From Podarcis gaigeae (taxonomy: Eukaryota), in assembly GCA_964106915.2 (NCBI GenBank), contig OZ066914.1: 64,000 nt of DNA; one strand, given 5' to 3'. Shown piece by piece: positions 56,372 through 64,000 of this stretch; within the stretch, counting starts at the first letter, position 1, and each line of letters starts with the position of its first letter. A program made the translations under genes and the position numbers. The notes under the pieces were generated by a model, which was given only the letters and a program-made list of their open reading frames with translations, had not been told where the DNA came from and did no database searches.

Positions 56372-59300
56372 TGGGTCTAGGAGACCCAACTTCGCATTCC
56401 CATTCAGCCATGAAGTTCAATGAGTAATCTTGGGCCAGTCAGGTTCCCTAATCCTAATCTACCTCAGAGGGTTTTTCCAGGGATAAAATATGGGAGGAAC
56501 CATATATGCTGCCTTGAGCTCCTTGGGAGGAAATCCTGGATGTAAATGTAATAATAAAAAGCATACTATAAATGCAAGTTTGCTAGGTAGAGCAGAGAAT
56601 GATAGGGTAAGGGTTATGATTACTCCCTCATACCTATGGCAATGTGTCTCAAGGCACCGTCTCAGATAGTAAGAGTAGTGGGGAAGATGAGAGGAATAAA
56701 GCTGACATTTGGACTAAAGAGTGTGGCAGATTGCGATGTCAAGGTACATTTAACAGACTCAAAGAATGGTTTGGCCACAAGGCACATGAAAGTAACGTAG
56801 TCCAGTCAGCCTGCTATACTGAGGCATAATTGTACACACACACACACAGTGCCCCAATTTTTGCCACATTTTGCAAAATTACAAGATGCCAGAAGTGTCA
56901 TGTAGTTACTCAAACTTTTGATACTACCCTTCATTATCTGCATCCCAGTGTGATTCCCAACGGCATAGGAAACACAGCAAACCGAATACCTTGGTTGCAG
57001 CAAAAATAACTAAAACATTACTAAGGCACATCACTATAAGAGACTTTTCAAAAGCTTGGGCGAAAAGAAAGGTTCTTCCTGATGCCTAAAGGTCAAGCAA
57101 GACCTTTCAGGGGAACATTATCACTGGAGAAGAGAACCTCTCCTTAGCATTGACAGTATGCAATAAGGCAATACGTAGCATTCATAATGTCCCAGTTTTA
57201 ATCCCTGGCATTTCAGGTAGAGATGGAGAAGGCTCCCATCTGAAACCCTCGCATCAGAGTAGACATTATTGAGCTCTATGGATGGCTTCACTCCATATAA
57301 GGCATGAAAGCAAGTGAGTTTTCTACGATTTATTGGAAAATATCCATCACCTATTCAAAAGAGAAAGTATCTTATTCAAGAAGGCAGATGTTTGGACTAC
57401 AATTCCCATCTGCCCTAACTTCATGAGGGCACCAGACTAGAAAAGGCTGAAGCAGAACAAATTCTGTATTATTTAAGACATCCACTAGTTTCACAGGGAG
57501 CATTATGAGCAGATTAAATGGTAATGTATTGTTAGCAGTACCCTGGCACCCAAATTACTCAATATACATGCATTTAGGATGCAGGATAGCAATGACCCTT
57601 ATCTATGGTCATATGCTTCCTTTGACAGTAAGCAGCTGTCCAAAGTAAGCGTATAAGACAGGGATGGGGAACCTGTGGTCCTCCGTACATGTTTGGACTC
57701 CAGAACCCATCAACCCAAGGGGGTATGGTTAACAGCAAGAGGTGATGGGTGTTTTAGTTTAGCACTATTGAAGGCCACAGGTTCCTCATCCGTGGTATAA
57801 GGATACACTGGTAATAGAATCAATAGTCCTGATCCACACTTAGTCATGCTTAGCATAGATCCAATGAAACCAATGAGAAGTAAGCTAGCCATGACTAGTT
57901 AAGCATTGGTTTCAATGGGTCTACTTTAAGCACAACTATGTCTGGCTCTAACACAGTATCGACAGCTTGTTCTATCTTCCATTTTATAAAGTTCCTATAT
58001 TTCTTGACATGGATGCGAACTGGGCCTTCCACACCCAAACCCAACGCTAACCAACAGCTAACACTGGCTCAGGAAAGAAATATGTGTGCTCATGAATTGT
58101 ATGAACTTTGGGAATATAATTTAAAGCCTAGGAAAGGGGCATAATTTATTAAATTGTTAAATTGTACTAATCTTGAAAACGCACTATTTTCTTTGCTGCA
58201 GGCCAACACATACAATCAATCAACTAACCACCGTATCTGTAGTATAATGCAGAACTCAGTAATGTGTTTGCTGACCTTTTCTCAAGCAGTAAAATATCAA
58301 TTTTGTTTTTGTCACGGTCAGAAGCAATTAGGTTATAAGTTCTGCAAATTCAAAAGTGTGCTTAAAAACAATGCAGCTCAAAAATGCAGCAAAACACATG
58401 ATATTTAATAACATGCATATGGGAAACAAGCAATTTCTATTTGCAAAACAACCCCTAATACAAGATCAACCGCCTCAGCATGTGAAACTAGCTCTAGGGG
58501 ACAATTTCTGGATTACACTCCATTTTCCAACACAACATGAGAAAACTAAAGACTGCAGCACCTAAAGCAGGGGTAGCCAACAGGGTGTCCTCCAGATGTT
58601 GTTAGATTTAATTTAGCATCTTGTTAAATTTAACAACTAGTACTCCATCCAGTCTATTTTAGCTAAAATCAACACACATTTTCCATTACAGTAATAACAA
58701 CAGTTAGTATAATATATGGTCTTCCCATAGGTATCTGGTTGGCCGCTCTGAGAACCAGATGTTGCACTAGTTGGGAATTTTGTCTGATCCAGCAGGGCGC
58801 ATCATGTGTTCTTATTATTGTAAAATAGATTTAAAACGGCAAATAATAATAAGGAAATGACAGAGGCCTTCAGAAGTGGGCAAAGGAAGTAGGTGATTGA
58901 AAGAAGGGGGCAATGAGCAAGAGGGGGCGCTGTTCAAAAATAATTTAGGGGGCACGTAGATAGGAGAAGAGGCTTTGTGCTACTTACAGAAAAAGTGAGG
59001 GAGGCATAGCGTGCAGAACATTCAAGATTTTGATGTCACAGTGCTATTTTCTGTATAACTGCTCACATAAGCTATTTCTATGCCGCAGTCAAGAGATGTC
59101 ATAGTCACCTAGTTAACCGTGGAGCATATTAGTAAAGAACAGAAATAAAAAATCTCTGCTAATATTTAGATTTAATTAGGCCAACCTGGCAAAAAAAAAA
59201 AAAAAGGCTTATAAAAGTTAAGCACAGTGTGAAATTCCAGCAGCCTATCAAATTCTACTGGGAAAGGGAAGCTATGCAAAGTTACAAATATCACCATGGA

Positions 59301-61214
59301 AGTCGTGTAAAATACCTATTTTTCTTGCAATTTAATGTACTTTTCCAGGTGGCATCAAGAGTTTATCTCAACACTTCGCAGATAAATGGGTCAAATGCTC
59401 CTATCTCATACTTGAGGCTGCCTGTCTGCACATTCCCTACTTCATAAAATATTGCACTGTGGGACAGATCATATAGTCCCTGACGAGAATTAGTGTTTTT
59501 TTTATTATTTTGCTATAGTAGTAAAATGTATTGTATTGAATCCGCTTTGTGTTCGCTTTCCCCAACTATCCATTCCCCATATATTCTGTAAGAATGATTT
59601 TTCTTATGCCTGTTTCAAAATATAGGCATAGTATTTTTATTTTTATTTTGTAGAATCCTGCTAGCTTCAAATTTCTAAAGCTTAAGACTGATTTCATCAA
59701 TGATAACCTCAAATAGATGGTGGAGGTCAAACAACAGATAATCATATTCTGGTGACAGGAGGTCAACATGACATCTGCCTTCCCTATTTGTCGTTTGCCT
59801 ACATGATTGAGCACACTTTTCTACCCCTTTAGAAGCTCTGATGCATTTATGGTAATTAGGAGCGTTCCAGTGCGTTTAAATTGCCGACTTAGATGATCAT
59901 TTTGAAAGGAGTCTCCATTTCTGTTCCAGTTCTGCATCAGGACCAACTCAAGTAACTGAAGGGGCTTTTAATATTCTTTGTTATGAATTTTGACTCAAGA
60001 TTGTTTCAGCTACTATTTTTTTTGTCCTGCTTTTGTTTTTTTTTCCTGCAATTGCCTGAGCATTGTCATTCAAAGGAACAGCATCACAGCCGTGCAAACA
60101 ATAAATACATTTGGCAATGTCAGGCTAGGGCAGCTGTGCATGGAAAAGGCATGCACACACTAGTATTCCCCATGCCCCAAAGCATTTTCTACTGAAATAC
60201 AAAAGGAAACCCCACACTGCAAACTCTTCTGAAGTGCATCTTGATGCTTCACGTCTGCTGAAGCTGAGAAGCCAGAGTAGCGTTATATAGCAAATCATTC
60301 TGATTCAACAAAATAATCGCAATCAGTGACGACATCATCACCTTTACAATAATGAAGAATCCTAATCAACCGGGAACGTATGCCTTGGATGAGCTAAATC
60401 ATAATTTGCTTTATGGCTTTTCTCATACAGTATTACTCATAAGCCGCAATTCCTCCTATGGCTGTCATATTGATGGGTGGTGGGTGGGAATCACTCTAAA
60501 ACCTTCATTTCCCTGATGGTTGTAAATTTCTAATTTCTAGCTTAGAACGGCAATGGTCACATATCCCTGCCCGCACTATTACGCTTTCTTCTTTTTCAGG
60601 TTTACCCCAATAATAGCCTTGCGGTCCAAATACATTATGACTCCTCTCAGTGTTCTGTTTAGCCTAGCAGAAATGTCCCTGCAAAGTGTCTCCTTGCACT
60701 TGTGCCAGCTTTAAATTTCAGAACAGTGCAGAGCATTCTCAATTACGTCAATCTGTATTCCATACAGAGGCAGCGCCGCCGCCGCCGCCGCCTCCTCCTC
60801 TCCCACATTTTCTCTCTGTTGCCTTCTTTTTTTCATCCTCACGAACACTGTATTTTGCTTCTGTGCAGATTCATCACATTTAGCGGTTCAGAAACCACCT
60901 CCCGCCTTCTCAAAATCACAAACTTTTACGAATGCCAGAATGAGACCCTGGCATAAAAGCAAAGTTCATTAGGGGTATAAATAACCCCAAATGAATGTTA
61001 CATGCTGGTGCAAACTAAGTGTTCTCCCGAAGCATAACCTAGCTATACAATAGTACGTAAGCAGAGAGGGATTTAATTTACATCATCTTTCATAGAATCA
61101 TAGAATTGTAGAGTTGCAAGGGACCCTGAGGATCACTTTGACGTCTTTCATGTAAAACAAAATCAAATGTTCAGAAACGGACAGAAGTTGCAAAATCCTT
61201 AATTTTTGGAGCAA

Positions 61215-61219
<5 letters not shown>

Positions 61220-61280
<61 letters not shown>
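61220..61280. repeat. (CA)n(GA)n compound microsatellite
   Basis: Seen directly. Confidence 0.95.
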
Positions 61281-61286
<6 letters not shown>

Positions 61287-62129
61287 ACATATAAGCCTGC
61301 CAAAATTTGAGAGTCCTGTTCAAGTTATTTCCACCCCAATCAGAACAAGCAGTCACTAATCTCATCTAGAAATGTTTTTGTACTTTGGCTAGGTTTCCTG
61401 CTGAATAGCTCATACTGGTGTTCTTCAGCTGTGACCTGTGCAAAACAGATTCTGCTGTACAAAACCTTATATAATAACTAGCCTTCATGCAGTTTAACTT
61501 GCTTTACTGACATAGTGGACAAATGTACAGCATATACAGTAGCCGCTCTACTGAATGACATATATCTTGCTCAGAGCCAGTATTTTCAAAGGTGCATGTG
61601 CAGCAGGATATTTCCAGAAAGGTTTGCTCTCTATTGTTTTTAAAATGTTGGTATTGTCACCTTAGATTAACAGAGAGCCTTTCCCTACAGGTCTCAAAAA
61701 AACAACTAATTTTAAAAACAGACTGTAGTCAGGACTTGCAAACTCCAGCCCTGAACAAAATTTGCAGCGCCCACTTTCAGTTTACAAGCATAGATACAAT
61801 AAAGCCTTCTAGCGCCCCTTTACAACCATTATGGTAATACAAGATTTAGAGCTTTCTCTGTAGATAACATGTTATTTGATTTGCTATTTACCCAGTGCTA
61901 GAAACTGAGATGTGAAAGCTAGGAGCTAAATGGCACTTTAAACCTACGTTACGGGTGCAACAACAGAATGATTAGGTGCACTTTTTAAAAAACAAGAATG
62001 ATAGCTGAAAATGAATGAACTGCAGCTAAAATCTTACGTTCGTTTTTCACATGGTCTAGTCCTCATAAGAAGACTTCAAAAAACAAAGCCATGCTTCTTC
62101 AACTGCCCATCCCCTAATATTCTTAAGAG

Positions 62130-62575
62130 CGTGGGTAGGCAAACTAAGGCCTGGGGGCCAGATCAGGCCCAATTGCCTTCTGGATCCGGCCCGTGGATGG
62201 TCCGGGAATGGCCACGTAGATCGCCAGCGCGCATGTTCTTTCCCTCTCTCTTCCTCTCTTTCACACGGGCAGCGGTGCCTCCTCCCTCCCGGCTTCTCCC
62301 TGCCCTGCCTAGAGGAGGAAAGGGGCTGGGCTTTGTTGGTGCCAGCAGCAGCAGCAGCGCTTGAGCGACCGCCATTTTAAGCAGCCCCTCTCCAGAGCCC
62401 TTTTGTGCACCACTCATTGTCCCACCACCAGCCCCTGCTGCTCGCAAGACACAGGTAAGCAGCCATCAGGGCTCGTGGTACTCTTATATCATTTCCCCCC
62501 AAAAAAATATAGTCTGGCCCCCCACAAGGTCTGAGGGACAGTGGACCAGCCCCCTGCTGAAAATGTTTGACCCTG
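62130..62575. mobile_element. Non-autonomous hAT transposon with perfect 8-bp TSD cttaagag
   Basis: cgtgggtaggcaaact ... gtttgaccctg; GGCCC subterminal repeats; TSD at 62122-62129 and 62576-62583. Confidence 0.85.
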
Positions 62576-63235
62576 CTTAAGAGGGTACCTTCTGCAGTCT
62601 TCAGAGAGTGGCTGGAAGTGGGGAGGCAGAAAAAGTCCTCCTTTCTGCACACAAGCCCTAGATTCTCCCTACACCCGCTTCCCTTTATATGAATATATTT
62701 TTTTGGCACCACAATTAACACATATTAAAGGCCTATTACAAACTGATGGCAGAGACACCCACCTTGAGAGTCCAGTTCAAAAACCTAAGACTTAATGGTT
62801 CTTCAATGATCTAACTCCAAAATTTGTTCTGATTTTAGGCATCACTGTGAGAGTCTTAGATAGATAAAACTTTAACATGCACTACTAAAGAAGCCATCGT
62901 AACTAACTGGCTAGTATATTTCAAATTAAAAGCTAATAAAAGTACATTAAACAAGGCAACTAAAACCTAAAAAACCCATGTTGAGTTTAAAAGAAAAGAA
63001 AGTTTTCAAGTCCCCAATCCATGCATGTTTTACCTGGGAGGAAGTCCCATTAAACTTGGTTAGGATTTACTTCTGAGTAACAGTGGCAATTTTAATCTGA
63101 AATCTTAGGTGCAGTACTGCGCCCAGAGCTCAGAAATTGCTCGCGTTTATGAAATTCCCTGTCGCAAAATGTGCCTAGAGCAATGGGAGTTTTGAACGCT
63201 GTATTTACCAAATATCAAAAAATATACATTTGGAA

Positions 63236-63580
63236 AAGGTAAAGGTAAAGGAGCCTTGAACAGTTAAGTTCAGGCAAAGGCGACTATGGGGTGTGGCGTT
63301 CATCTCACTTTTCAGGGTGAGGGAGCCGCCATTTGTCTACAGACAGCTTTCCAGGTCATGTGGCCAGCATGACTAAACCGCTTCTGGCACAACAGAACAC
63401 TGTGACTGGTGACAGAGTGCACAGAAATGCCATTTACCTACCTGACGCAGTGGTATCTGTTTATCTACTTGCACTGGTATGCTTTTGAGCTGCAAGGTTG
63501 GCAGAAGCTGGGACAGAGCAACGGGAGCTCACCACCGCCACGCAGATTCAAACCACCGACGTTCCAATCGGCAAGCCCAA
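63236..63580 (-). mobile_element. Sauria SINE (diverged)
   Basis: aaggtaaaggtaaagg tail and conserved core. Confidence 0.85.
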
Positions 63581-63969
63581 TTTTGCTCTGATTATTCCTC
63601 TTAAAAGTTATCACGTAAGGACTGTCAAATGTAAACTTCAGAAAACCTTAAACTGAAATAATGAATTTCCTTTTTCTATTTAACCCAGATGTGGATTTCG
63701 GAACCACAACACAATCTTTCCCCCCTTTTTCTTTCAATGTGACAACTCAAAGCTTTAGTTATATTCAAATCAGTTTCAGACAATGCCATTATTTTGCCCA
63801 CAGTATTGGAAGTAGATGGATGAAGAGTTCAGGGCGGCCAATATCTTGAATTAGCGTAAATATAAAACGTTCACATTAACAGAATAGAATAGAAAAGAAG
63901 TGGGTTACCAATTTGCTAATATGGATATGTGCCCTACTCAGGACACAGAGAAAAAAACTCTTGACTTAC

Positions 63970-64000
63970 CTTAGAAAAGGACTCTCATAGGCTGCATTTA
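63970..64000 (-). other. 3' end of a probable upstream non-coding (5'UTR) OSBPL6 exon
   Basis: Perfect donor AAG|GTAAGT at 63970/63969 on the gene strand; the exon runs off the window. Confidence 0.5.

Overview
Vertebrate genomic DNA, almost certainly a squamate and probably a lacertid lizard (multiple Sauria/POM-type SINEs). The window holds essentially the whole OSBPL6 (ORP6, oxysterol-binding protein-related protein 6) gene on the minus strand. I mapped 23 constitutive coding exons by hand from ATG 53372 to TAA 7316 (2799 nt, 932 aa; PH domain, FFAT motif EFFDAQE, ORD with EQVSHHPP). All splice phases are consistent, one intron is GC-AG, and there is a 75-nt in-frame cassette exon. A long 3'UTR probably runs towards ~400. 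The introns are rich in transposable elements: Sauria SINEs, tRNA-head/CR1-tail SINEs, CR1 and L2 fragments, Tc1/mariner-, hAT- and Harbinger-like MITEs, and solo LTRs. Most notable: (1) a young 5'-truncated Penelope-like retroelement (RT + GIY-YIG) in intron 7, co-oriented with OSBPL6. It is flanked by inverted pLTRs that each carry a minimal hammerhead-ribozyme core overlapping the element's stop codon, so the host pre-mRNA contains a ribozyme motif and its perfect antisense copy. (2) Two inverted L2 copies tightly bracket coding exons 5-7, a circRNA-type architecture. (3) A perfect 44-bp foldback palindrome. (4) Candidate unannotated micro/poison exons with RBFOX motifs and a uORF-loaded 5'UTR exon. 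Exon numbers are coding-exon numbers assigned here. Homology statements come from recalled sequence knowledge, not database searches.
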